This document shows, piece after piece, positions 37,847 to 46,866 of a stretch of DNA of 64,000 nucleotides; positions within the stretch are counted from its first letter, which is position 1; each line of letters opens with the position of its first letter. The position numbers and the translations under genes were made by a program. Location: positions 33,261 to 97,260 of the forward strand of contig CAKSLF010000005.1 in NCBI GenBank assembly GCA_934466455.1, given 5' to 3'. The notes under the pieces were generated by a model. The model saw only the letters and a program-made list of their open reading frames with translations, made no database searches and was not told where the DNA came from. Origin of the DNA: an uncultured Oscillospiraceae bacterium (GTDB taxonomy: Bacteria > Bacillota > Clostridia > Oscillospirales > Ruminococcaceae).

Positions 37847-38617
37847 ATGAGCGTGCTTGAAATAAAAAATCTTCGGAAAAGCTTTGACGGGCAGGAGGTT
37901 CTCAAAGGCATTGACATTACTCTTGAAAAAGGCGATGTTCTTGCAATTATCGGACCCTCAGGCAACGGAAAAACAACTCTTCTGCGGTGCATAAATTTCC
38001 TTGAAACGCCGGATGGCGGAAGCATCAGCGTAAACGGAGAAAAAATTTTTGACGGAGAGGGCACAGCCGGAACGGAAGCGGAAATTCGCAAAAAAAGACT
38101 GCATTTTGGAATGGTATTTCAAAATTTTAATCTTTTTCCTCAGTATACTGCGCTCGAAAATGTTGCTCTTTCAAAAGAGCTTTTAGAAAGAGAAAGGCAG
38201 GGGCGCAGAGCCGACCGCCGAAAGATAAGAGCTGCCGCCGAGGCGGAGGCAAGGGAGCTTCTTGAAAGAGTGGGGCTTTCGGACAAGGCGGGGTTTTATC
38301 CGCACCAGCTTTCCGGCGGTCAGCAGCAGCGGGTTGCCATTGCAAGGGCACTTGCCCTTCGACCGGATGTGCTTTGCTTTGACGAACCGACCTCTGCTCT
38401 TGACCCGGAGCTTACCGGCGAGGTTTTGCGGGTGATAAAGTCACTTGAGGATGCAAAAACAACAATGATAATCGTGACCCACGAGATGTCTTTTGCACGG
38501 GAAGCAGCCACGAGGGTTATGTTTATGGAGGACGGCGGCGTGCTTGAGGAGGGAACGCCGAAGGAGATTTTTGAAAATCCCAAGAACCGCCGTGTTGCAG
38601 AATTTATAAATAGATAA
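37847..38617 (+). CDS. amino acid ABC transporter ATP-binding protein
   Basis: GPSGNGKTT Walker A, LSGGQQQRVAIARAL signature, LCFDEPTSALD Walker B. Confidence 0.9.
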   Translation: MSVLEIKNLRKSFDGQEVLKGIDITLEKGDVLAIIGPSGNGKTTLLRCINFLETPDGGSISVNGEKIFDGEGTAGTEAEIRKKRLHFGMVFQNFNLFPQYTALENVALSKELLERERQGRRADRRKIRAAAEAEARELLERVGLSDKAGFYPHQLSGGQQQRVAIARALALRPDVLCFDEPTSALDPELTGEVLRVIKSLEDAKTTMIIVTHEMSFAREAATRVMFMEDGGVLEEGTPKEIFENPKNRRVAEFINR

Positions 38618-38660
38618 AGAGGCGTATATGCGGCTTTGCGCATATACGCCTCTTGTTAAA

Positions 38661-39170
38661 ACTCGTTTTCGTGCTCAAGAAAAAGCCTGCGGTAGGCAAG
38701 TACGCCGGAAAGCTCCGTCCATTTGCGCCGTGCGGGGGGGATGGAATCCAAATCGTAGATTTTTTCGGCGGCGGAACAAGCAAAAAAAGGTAGGTGTGCG
38801 CCTTGCCGTACACCTACTTTTAATATCAAAACTCGTTTTCGTGCTCAAGAAAAAGCCTGCGGTAGGCAAGTACGCCGGAAAGCTCCGTCCATTTGCGCCG
38901 TGCGGGGGGGATGGAATCCAAATCGTAGATTTTTTCGGCGGCGGAACAAGCAAAAAAAGGTAGGTGTGCGCCTTGCCGTACACCTACTTTTAATATCAAA
39001 ACTCGTTTTCGTGCTCAAGAAAAAGCCTGCGGTAGGCAAGTACGCCGGAAAGCTCCGTCCACTTGCGCCGTGCGGGCGGGATGGAATCCAAATCGTAGAT
39101 TTTTGCGCCGGGCAGTGCAAGTAAAAACGGCGAATGGGTGGAGATGATAAGCTGACAACGGAAAAAGCGC
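38661..39170. repeat. tandem direct repeat, 3 units of 170 bp (38661-38830, 38831-39000, 39001-39170). The third unit forms the true 3' end of the downstream ATPase gene
   Basis: The string actcgttttcgtgctcaagaaaaagcctgcggtaggcaag occurs at 38661, 38831 and 39001. Units 1 and 2 are near-identical. Confidence 0.9.
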
Positions 39171-39838
39171 ACAGATTCCTCAAGAAACTCGGCAAGCTTT
39201 TGCTGATTTTCCGGCGAAAGGCTGTTTTCCGGCTCGTCAAGCAGATAAAGCGCATTTTCACGCACAGCATTTGTGAAAAAGGCAAGCGCGCTTTCGCCGT
39301 TGGAATTTTCCTTTATATTGCCGCCGAGGGTTTTGCGCACAAATTGAGAAACGGTGTTGCGGCGAACGCTGTTTTGCAGCTTTAGGTGCTCATAATCCTC
39401 CATGGTTTTGAAGGAATATTTTTTAAGCTTTTCTCTACGGTATTCCTCAAAAAGCTCCTCTCTGCGGCGGTCGATTCCGTCGTTCATACACCGAAGGTCA
39501 AGCAGAAAATCAAAAACATCGTCGCTTGTAACAATGCGGCTTTCCTTTGGGATCCTTCTCCCGTCGGATGAACAAAGCTCCACATAGTCATCGAAGAACG
39601 GGCTTTTGTTGAACGGAACGCCCCGGCGGATACAAAGCTTTTCCGCAATGACATTAAGTATGGTGCTTTTACCGCTTCCGTTCCCGCCGTAGAATATTGT
39701 TATCGGCTCAAACTCAAAACAGGGAAGATTTCTGTATGTAAACACGCCAAAAGGATAATAGTCGTTATAGCAGGTCATTTTTCCGCCGTAGCACTCCTCT
39801 TGTCCGGGCGAGGGAAAGAAAAATTTTTCGAGAAACAT
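38996..39838 (-). CDS. solo ABC-type/AAA_21-like ATPase (about 280 aa)
   Basis: GGNGSGKST Walker A, SNGESALAFF signature-like, LYLLDEPENSL Walker B, STHSP H-loop. No partner gene nearby. ATG start 8 nt after AAAGAGG. Confidence 0.75.
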   Translation of the reverse strand: MFLEKFFFPSPGQEECYGGKMTCYNDYYPFGVFTYRNLPCFEFEPITIFYGGNGSGKSTILNVIAEKLCIRRGVPFNKSPFFDDYVELCSSDGRRIPKESRIVTSDDVFDFLLDLRCMNDGIDRRREELFEEYRREKLKKYSFKTMEDYEHLKLQNSVRRNTVSQFVRKTLGGNIKENSNGESALAFFTNAVRENALYLLDEPENSLSPENQQKLAEFLEESVRFFRCQLIISTHSPFLLALPGAKIYDLDSIPPARRKWTELSGVLAYRRLFLEHENEF

Positions 39839-40220
39839 ATAAAACACCTCTTTATATATTTTTTTATTTTAACATTGTAATCTGTACTTTACAATAAAAA
39901 ATATTATATACCAACGCATAGAAATGCTTATGTTAGCCGTAAAAATGAAAGAAATCCGTCAAGCTGCACAAAAATACGAAGTAATTTTTATGCACAATGA
40001 CGGTATAAATTTGCTTTCCGAAAGTTTTTTAATAGTGCCGAAATTTCGGCATATTGCACTATGCGGGGGCTTTGAGTTTATGCATTATGACGAAAAACAG
40101 AAAAAGAGCCGGGTTAGGACTTTATATTTATTTTACAAACAGCAGTCTTTGAGCATAAAAATTATCTAAAATCAACAAAAAATATTACAAGTTTTTTACA
40201 AAGCGGTAAAAGCCAAAAAA

Positions 40221-40274
40221 TTGATTTTACAAAGAAAAAATACTATAATTATAGCAATGAAGCAAAAGCTTCAT
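40221..40274 (+). promoter_or_regulatory. promoter TTGATT-N17-TATAAT (40221-40249) followed by the palindrome ATGAAGCAAAAGCTTCAT (40257-40274) upstream of the Fe-type ABC transporter
   Basis: Read directly. Four TTTTACAA(A/T) direct repeats lie in the 150 nt upstream. Confidence 0.5.
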
Positions 40275-40317
40275 ATTTTACAATGATTCTATTTTCAAGG
40301 ATCAAGGAGGAAACATT

Positions 40318-41376
40318 ATGAAAAAGCTTCTCGCTGTAATGCTTGCGGCAATTATGGTTCTCGGTCTTGCCGCCTGCGGCCCTACCCAGACCGGTATTGA
40401 CACCAAGGATCTCGAAATCCACGAAGAAGTAACCGGCAAAGTTGTTATCTATACCTCTATGTATCAGGATATCATCGAGGCTCTTCAGGTAACTCTTGAC
40501 ACCGTATTCCCGAACTGCGACATCGAGTTCTTCCAGGGCGGCACCGGCACTATCCAGTCCAAAGTCACCAGCGAACTTGAAGGCGGAAAACTCGGCTGCG
40601 ACATCCTTATGGTTGCAGAGCCTTCCTACGCTCTTGAGCTTAAAGAGATGGGCATTCTCCATGCCTATAAATCTCCCGAAGCAGCAAGCCTTGCTTTTGA
40701 CTATGACCCCGACGGCACTTGGTACCCTGTTCGTATCTCCAACATGGTTCTTGCATACAACCCCGACAAATATGCAAAAGAAGATGTTGCACAGTCCCTC
40801 AAGGATTTTGCCTATGATGAAAACCTCAAAGGCATGATCTCCATGTCCAACCCCCTTACCTCCGGCACCGCTCTTGCATCCATCGTTGCTCTCAGCAGCA
40901 CCTATGGCTATGAGTATTTCGATGCGCTTTCCGCACAGGAAGTTATGATCGAATCCGGCTCCGTTGCTCTTACCAAGCTTGAAACCGGCGAGTGCAAAGA
41001 GATTATGATTCTTGAAGAATCCGTACTTAAGAAGAGAGAAGAAGAGCAGTCCAAGATAGAGTGCATCTATCCTACCGACGGCACCATCGTATGCCCTTCT
41101 CCTATCATGACTATTAATGACGATATGAGCGCAAACGCAAACTCCGCGGCTTGCGAAGTTATCACCGACTGGTTCCTTTCCGAAGTTGGTCAGTCCGCTA
41201 TCGTAAAGGGCTGGATGCATTCCGTTCGTTCCGATTATCCGGAGCCTCCGTATGATGCAATCCCCACCAAGGACATCATTGCCAACACCATGAGCATTGA
41301 CTGGGAGTTCTGCTACAAGAACCGTTCCGAAGTTCGTACCGCTTTTGAAGAAAGAGTTAAAATGCCCGAAGGCTGA
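40318..41376 (+). CDS. ABC transporter substrate-binding lipoprotein (Fe3+/FbpA-AfuA-like)
   Basis: Lipobox LGLAACG. 352 aa periplasmic-binding fold. Followed by a fused double permease and a TOBE-domain ATPase. Confidence 0.7.
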   Translation: MKKLLAVMLAAIMVLGLAACGPTQTGIDTKDLEIHEEVTGKVVIYTSMYQDIIEALQVTLDTVFPNCDIEFFQGGTGTIQSKVTSELEGGKLGCDILMVAEPSYALELKEMGILHAYKSPEAASLAFDYDPDGTWYPVRISNMVLAYNPDKYAKEDVAQSLKDFAYDENLKGMISMSNPLTSGTALASIVALSSTYGYEYFDALSAQEVMIESGSVALTKLETGECKEIMILEESVLKKREEEQSKIECIYPTDGTIVCPSPIMTINDDMSANANSAACEVITDWFLSEVGQSAIVKGWMHSVRSDYPEPPYDAIPTKDIIANTMSIDWEFCYKNRSEVRTAFEERVKMPEG

Positions 41377-41424
41377 TAGCTTTTAATAAAAACGGATATG
41401 CTTTTATAGGCATTAAAAAAACAA

Positions 41425-41458
41425 GCGAAAGGACGCCTTTTGGCGTCCTTTCGCCCTT
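41425..41458 (+). terminator. hairpin GCGAAAGGACGCCTTTTGGCGTCCTTTCGC (possible attenuator/terminator between the SBP and permease genes)
   Basis: Perfect 13-bp stem. Only a weak T-tract follows. Confidence 0.5.
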
Positions 41459-41554
41459 GCACTTTACAGAATTAAAAAACTTTTCAGCGGAGCCGACTTT
41501 TTTCAGGGGGTGTGACGCTGGAAGCTCAATTCCCTAAAAAAGGAGCGGTGTGTC

Positions 41555-43267
41555 ATGGCAAACACCGGTACTGCTGCAGTGCCTGCGCCGAAAAAGAAAT
41601 TCTATTTTGACGCAAAGTGGATAATTATTTCCGCAATAATCCTTTTTCTTGTAGTATTCGAGGTATTCCCTCTGCTTTACCTCGTATACCGTGCATTTTT
41701 TCCGGCAGGGAGCTTTTCTCTCGAGGCTTTTGAAAGAGTATATACATATAAGCTTAACTGGACGGCTTTGCGCAACACTATTGTTACCGCAAGCGCATCC
41801 ATGGTGCTCGGCGTAATCATCGCTTTTCCGCTTGCATGGCTTATCGGGCGCACCAACCTTCATTTCAAAAAATTCTTTAGGACGCTTTTTGTTATGACCT
41901 ATATGGTGCCGCCGTATGTCGGCGCAATGGCATGGCTGCGTCTTTTGAATCCGACAGTAGGTACCCTTAACCAGTTCCTTGCGAACATATTCCACCTTTC
42001 CGAAATGCCGTTTAACATTTACAGTGTCGGCGGACTTATCTGGGTACTTACCACATTCTATTACCCCTATGCATTTATAACAATTTCCCGTGCAATGGAA
42101 AAAATGGACCCCTCACTTGAGGAAGCGTCCAAAATTTCCGGAGCGTCGCCGCTTAAAACCGTGGCGACGATTACCTTGCCTATGATGATGCCTTCAATCG
42201 TTGCGGCTGCGCTGCTCGTTTTTGTTTCGGCGGCGTCCTGCTACGGAATACCCTCCATTATCGGCGCACCGGGCAATATAGATACGGTTACAACCCGTAT
42301 TATCGACTTCGTATATCTCGGCTCCAGCGAAGGACTTTCCGATGCCACAACCCTTGCGGTTTTCCTTATGCTTGTGGCGAACATTATCCTTTATCTTTCC
42401 ACCTTTGTTGTGGGTCGTAAACAATATATCACCGTTTCGGGCAAATCCACCCGTCCGAACATCGTTGACCTTGGCAAATGGCGTATTCCCGTAACGGCCC
42501 TTGTAATTATCTTTGCAATAATCGTTGTAGGAATTCCCTTTGCAACGGTATTTGCCACCTCCTTTACCACAAATATGGGCAAGGGGCTTTTTGAAGCAGG
42601 CAACTTTACCACAAAATATTGGCAGGTCATCTTTACAAGACAGCAGATTTTCAACTCTGCGAAGAACTCCCTTATATCCGCTTCCGTTGCGGCAACGGCG
42701 GGTATAGTTATTTCCTGTGTTATGGCATATCTTCTTACCAGAACAAGAGCAAAAGGTCGCCATATTCCGGACTTCCTCATCACCCTTGGTTCCGGAACGC
42801 CGAGTATCGTTATCGCTCTTGGTCTTGTTATGACTATGAACGGAAAGTTCTTCATCAATATCTATAACACCCTGTTCATCATGATAGTTGCTTATATGAT
42901 CAAGTACCTTATGATGGGTATGCGTACCATAGTTTCTGCAATGACTCAGATTCATGAATCCCTCGAGGAGGCGGCGCAGATTTCCGGCGCAAGCTGGGTG
43001 CGCAGGTTTAAGGATGTTACCATTCCGCTTATTGCGCCTTCGGTTGTTGCAGGCTGGTTTCTCATCTTTATGCCCTGCTTCTATGAGCTTACCATGTCAA
43101 CACTGCTCTATTCGACGGATACAAAGACCATAGGCTTTGAGCTGTATCAGTACCAGACCTATCATAGCCAACAGACGGCTTCCGCAATGGCTTCCGCAAT
43201 TTTGATTTTCGTAGTTGCGGTAAACTGGCTGCTTAATAAAGTGACCAAGGGCAAGTTCTCAATTTGA
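41555..43267 (+). CDS. iron ABC transporter permease (fused two-domain FbpB-like)
   Basis: 570 aa with two repeated permease halves, each carrying an EAA-like motif (EEASKISGASPLKT / EEAAQISGASWVRR). Confidence 0.85.
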   Translation: MANTGTAAVPAPKKKFYFDAKWIIISAIILFLVVFEVFPLLYLVYRAFFPAGSFSLEAFERVYTYKLNWTALRNTIVTASASMVLGVIIAFPLAWLIGRTNLHFKKFFRTLFVMTYMVPPYVGAMAWLRLLNPTVGTLNQFLANIFHLSEMPFNIYSVGGLIWVLTTFYYPYAFITISRAMEKMDPSLEEASKISGASPLKTVATITLPMMMPSIVAAALLVFVSAASCYGIPSIIGAPGNIDTVTTRIIDFVYLGSSEGLSDATTLAVFLMLVANIILYLSTFVVGRKQYITVSGKSTRPNIVDLGKWRIPVTALVIIFAIIVVGIPFATVFATSFTTNMGKGLFEAGNFTTKYWQVIFTRQQIFNSAKNSLISASVAATAGIVISCVMAYLLTRTRAKGRHIPDFLITLGSGTPSIVIALGLVMTMNGKFFINIYNTLFIMIVAYMIKYLMMGMRTIVSAMTQIHESLEEAAQISGASWVRRFKDVTIPLIAPSVVAGWFLIFMPCFYELTMSTLLYSTDTKTIGFELYQYQTYHSQQTASAMASAILIFVVAVNWLLNKVTKGKFSI

Positions 43268-43284
43268 TGAAGGGAGAATGAAAA

Positions 43285-44358
43285 ATGGCAACGATTAAAA
43301 TAGATAAAGTAAGAAAATGCTTCGGCAATGTTGAAGTTCTTAAAGAATTTAACCAGGTTTTTGAGGACAAGGAGTTTGTAACCCTGCTTGGACCCTCCGG
43401 CTGCGGAAAGACCACAATGCTGCGTATGCTTGCGGGTTTTGAAAAACCCACAAGCGGCACAATTACCATCGACGATAAGGTCGTATCCTCCGACAAGACC
43501 TTTGTTCCGCCGGAAAAAAGAGATATCGGAATGGTGTTCCAAAGCTATGCCGTATGGCCGCATATGACGGTTTTTGAGAACATTGCATATCCGCTGAAAA
43601 TCAAAAAAATGCCTAAGGACGAGATAAAGAAAAAGGTTGACGCAATTATGGAGATCGTTCACCTCAGCCAGTACGCCGACAGAATTCCCTCCCAGCTTTC
43701 CGGCGGTCAGCAGCAGCGTGTTGCTCTCGGTCGTGCGCTTGTTGCGGAGCCGAATCTTCTTCTTCTCGACGAGCCGCTTTCCAACCTTGATGCAAAGCTC
43801 CGTGAGAGCATGAGATTTGAAATTAAGGCTATCCAGAGAAAGCTTGGCATAAGTGTTGTTTATGTAACTCACGACCAGGTTGAAGCAATGACCATGTCCG
43901 ACAGAGTTATTGTTATAAACGATGGTATTATTCAGCAGGTAGGTCCTCCTATGGAGATTTACCGCAAACCGGCAAACCAGTTTGTTGCGGCTTTCGTCGG
44001 CAAAATCGACTTTATTAAAGGCGAAGCGGCGGACGGAAAAATCAACATTACAGGTACGGATCAATACCTTGATTACGATGGCGAGCTTACCGGCAAGGTT
44101 GTTGTGGCAATTCGCCCGGAAAGCATTCATCTTTGCAAGCAGGGAGGAAAGCTCCACGGCATACTTGATAACAAAACCTTTATGGGCGATGTTAATGACT
44201 GCTATGTTCGTCTTCCTAACGGTAAGGGAGTCCGTGTAATAGCCCCGCCGGAAACTTTTGACGAGCACGAGATTGGTGAGCATATTGAAATTGATTTCGA
44301 CACCTTCCATGTTTATGAGGACGACGGAACCGACGCCGCAACCAAAATTGTGACTTGA
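43285..44358 (+). CDS. ABC transporter ATP-binding protein (PotA/FbpC-like with a C-terminal TOBE domain)
   Basis: GPSGCGKTT Walker A, LSGGQQQRVALGRAL signature, LLLDEPLSNLD Walker B, C-terminal beta-rich extension. Confidence 0.9.
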   Translation: MATIKIDKVRKCFGNVEVLKEFNQVFEDKEFVTLLGPSGCGKTTMLRMLAGFEKPTSGTITIDDKVVSSDKTFVPPEKRDIGMVFQSYAVWPHMTVFENIAYPLKIKKMPKDEIKKKVDAIMEIVHLSQYADRIPSQLSGGQQQRVALGRALVAEPNLLLLDEPLSNLDAKLRESMRFEIKAIQRKLGISVVYVTHDQVEAMTMSDRVIVINDGIIQQVGPPMEIYRKPANQFVAAFVGKIDFIKGEAADGKINITGTDQYLDYDGELTGKVVVAIRPESIHLCKQGGKLHGILDNKTFMGDVNDCYVRLPNGKGVRVIAPPETFDEHEIGEHIEIDFDTFHVYEDDGTDAATKIVT

Positions 44359-44518
44359 TTTTTGCTCCGCATTCAAACAAAATAAATTACGGCTCCCCGA
44401 TAATAGGGGAGCTGTTTTCTTTATCAAGCAAAAAACCAAAAAGGCTGCGGGAACGATTTGTGAGCACGGAGCCTCGCCCAAAAAATATGTTTTGAGCACG
44501 GTGTCCGTGCTCAAAACA

Positions 44519-44570
44519 AAAACAAAGCAAAACGGCATTTCTGTTACAGAAATGCCGTTTTGCTTTGTTT
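44519..44570. terminator. long perfect hairpin (21-bp stem) AAACAAAGCAAAACGGCATTTCTG-TTAC-CAGAAATGCCGTTTTGCTTTGTTT, a bidirectional terminator
   Basis: Read directly. Sits between the convergent fbpC-like gene and the murC operon. Confidence 0.8.
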
Positions 44571-44583
44571 AATCCGAAAAAAA

Positions 44584-44973
44584 TTATTCCTTTGCCTCGT
44601 CTGTCATACTGCGCAGTACGGTAAAAAGCTCCTCATAACGGTCGAGCATTGCATCAAAACGCTTTGTGTGCTTTGTAATGCCGTCAGCCTCGTATTTATC
44701 TCGAACATCTTTCCATTCCTTTGGGTACTTTGCGGTAATCTCCGCAAGCAGGTCATAAAATCCGTCCGGGTCAAGATGGCGGCTTTTTGCCGTTTTCTCC
44801 GCAGGAAGAATATAGCTGACAATTAAATCGTCAACCTTGCGTTTGGCGGTAAGAAGCGCAGCTTCCTCCTCCTCACGGTTTTCAAGCAGGGTTTCGAGCA
44901 CCTCTGCATTCTCCATTTTTTCGTTAGCTATGTACATACGCATTTTATCCGCAAGCTTCGGAATGGGTATCAT
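44584..44973 (-). CDS. hypothetical protein (~130 aa, acidic, helical) co-transcribed downstream of murC
   Basis: AAAGGAGGAG RBS 6 nt before ATGATACCC (MIPIPK). Starts 17 nt after the murC stop. Confidence 0.6.
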   Translation of the reverse strand: MIPIPKLADKMRMYIANEKMENAEVLETLLENREEEEAALLTAKRKVDDLIVSYILPAEKTAKSRHLDPDGFYDLLAEITAKYPKEWKDVRDKYEADGITKHTKRFDAMLDRYEELFTVLRSMTDEAKE

Positions 44974-44990
44974 ATGACGCTCCTCCTTTT

Positions 44991-46358
44991 TCAATCAATG
45001 CCCGCCATGATATAGGCGCATTTATAAACATCTCCGCAGCCGAGAGTAATTACAAGATCGCCGGGCTTTGCATGGGACATGGTGTAGTCCGCCATTTCCT
45101 CAAATGTATTGAACCAAACACTGCCGGGAATTTTATCGGCAAGGTCCTTTGTATAAACATTATAAGTGTTCTTTTCACGGCTCCCCATAATTTCGCTCAT
45201 TACAACATGGTCGGCAACGGAAAGAGCGGTTACAAAGTCATCCATCAAAAGGACGGTTCTGGAATAGGTGAAGGGCTGGAACACAGCCCAAACCTCGTTA
45301 AAATCCATTTCCTTTGCAGCCCTAAGCGTTGCGGCAATCTCGGTAGGGTGGTGGGCATAATCATCGGCAATGGTAACGCCGCCAACCTCGCCGAGAATTT
45401 CAAAACGGCGTCCCGCACCGGGGAATTTGTCGATATGAAGAGCCATTTCCTCCGGGTCCATGCCGAGATAGAGGCAAACGGCGGCGCAAGCCATGGAATT
45501 GAGTATATTGTGCTTTCCGGGAATGGAAAGGCGGATTTCGCACACCTTTTCACCCTTGTGCATAAGGGTATAGCCGGATTTTGCTCCGCCAAGAAAACGA
45601 ACATCGGCGGCGTAATAATCGTTCTTGTCGCTCCAGCCAAAGGTTATGATTTCTTTATCAAGTCCCTCAACTGCTTTCATTGTATTGGCGTCGTCGCCGT
45701 TTACAATAACGGGACCGGTGCTGTTGGAGGCAAATTTGCGAAAGGACTTTATTGAATTTTCGATTGTGCCGAAATAATCAAGGTGGTCGTTGTCTATATT
45801 AAGGATTACGGAAATGTCGTTTGAAAGCTTGAGGAAAGTATCCACAAATTCACAAGCCTCCACAACAAAAATATCACTTTTTCCGGCTCTGCCGCTTCCG
45901 CCAAGGGCTTTTACCTTGCCGCCGATAAAGGCACTTGGGTCAAAGCCGCCTTCAAGCAGGGTCTGGGCTATCATTCCGCTTGTAGTGGTTTTTCCGTGTG
46001 TTCCGGCAACGCAGACCGCCTTTGAATATCTGCGGGTAAGCAAGCCGAGCATATCGCTTCGTTCAAGGCAGGGAACGCCGGAGGCTTTTGCGGCAATAAG
46101 CTCCGGGTTATCCGCCATAATCGCCGCAGTATAAACTATAAGGTCTGCGCCCTCGATGTTTTCCGCCGCCTGTCCAAAGGTGACGGGAATACCCATTTTG
46201 CGCTCGATTTTTGTGGTTTCCGTTTCGTTGTTGTCGGAGCCGGTTATATAAAATCCCTCAGAATGGAGAATTTGAACCATGGGGAACATTCCGCTTCCGC
46301 CGATACCGATAAAATGAATGTGCTTTCTGGTTTTCAAAAGGTTTTCATCAATAGTCAT
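44991..46358 (-). CDS. murC: UDP-N-acetylmuramate--L-alanine ligase
   Basis: HFIGIGGSGM ... GTHGKTTT Mur ligase motifs. ATG start at 46358 with AAAAGGAAG RBS. Confidence 0.9.
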   Translation of the reverse strand: MTIDENLLKTRKHIHFIGIGGSGMFPMVQILHSEGFYITGSDNNETETTKIERKMGIPVTFGQAAENIEGADLIVYTAAIMADNPELIAAKASGVPCLERSDMLGLLTRRYSKAVCVAGTHGKTTTSGMIAQTLLEGGFDPSAFIGGKVKALGGSGRAGKSDIFVVEACEFVDTFLKLSNDISVILNIDNDHLDYFGTIENSIKSFRKFASNSTGPVIVNGDDANTMKAVEGLDKEIITFGWSDKNDYYAADVRFLGGAKSGYTLMHKGEKVCEIRLSIPGKHNILNSMACAAVCLYLGMDPEEMALHIDKFPGAGRRFEILGEVGGVTIADDYAHHPTEIAATLRAAKEMDFNEVWAVFQPFTYSRTVLLMDDFVTALSVADHVVMSEIMGSREKNTYNVYTKDLADKIPGSVWFNTFEEMADYTMSHAKPGDLVITLGCGDVYKCAYIMAGID

Positions 46359-46513
46359 AAACAAATCGCTTCCTTTTGTATTCGGGCTTTGCCCATATAT
46401 AATTATATTATACGGCAAAACCGCAAAAAAAGGAATATCTATTTTTGCATTTGATGAATATTTCACGGAATTTTGCCAAAAATCCTTTCAGAAACATTTG
46501 GAAGGAGCAGCAT

Positions 46514-46801
46514 ATGAACATCACGGATATAAAAATCAGAAGGACATACGACAGCGAGCGTCTGCGTGCGCTTGTTTCCGTCACAGTGGACGGCGACCTT
46601 GCCGTGCACGACTTAAAGGTTATTTCCGGACCGGAGCGTCTTTTTGTTGCAATGCCAAGCCGCAAGGACGAAAGCGGGGTTTTTCGGGATATAGTACACC
46701 CCATAAGTCCTGCGGCAAGAGAGCAGCTTGAGAGTGCGGTCCTTGCCGCATATGAGGAATATCTTGCACAGCAGCAAGCCGAAAATGAATTTGAAGGCTG
46801 A
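46514..46801 (+). CDS. spoVG: septation protein SpoVG
   Basis: MNITDIKIRR ... LFVAMPSRKDESGVFRDIVHPI conserved SpoVG core. GGAAGGAG RBS. Confidence 0.9.
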   Translation: MNITDIKIRRTYDSERLRALVSVTVDGDLAVHDLKVISGPERLFVAMPSRKDESGVFRDIVHPISPAAREQLESAVLAAYEEYLAQQQAENEFEG

Positions 46802-46820
46802 ATTTTACGGGCAAAGATTA

Positions 46821-46858
46821 AAAAAGCTCCAAAGGTTTTTGACCTTTGGAGCTTTTTT
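46821..46858. terminator. bidirectional terminator AAAAAAGCTCCAAAGGTTTTTGACCTTTGGAGCTTTTTT
   Basis: Perfect 13-bp stem with A/T flanks. Confidence 0.8.
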
Positions 46859-46866
46859 CGCTTATG

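Noticed and set aside
38661-39170. Possible CRISPR array, given the regular direct repeats
   Set aside because: The period is 170 bp with no unique spacers between short repeats. The units are whole-segment duplications of a gene 3' end, not repeat-spacer architecture, and there are no cas genes.
39924-40169. 81-aa ORF in an AT-rich spacer
   Set aside because: No RBS, lies in the promoter region of the Fe transporter, and its composition is typical of AT-rich non-coding DNA.
43162-44538. 458-aa minus-strand ORF
   Set aside because: Antisense to the TOBE-domain ABC ATPase gene. It extends through two terminator hairpins.
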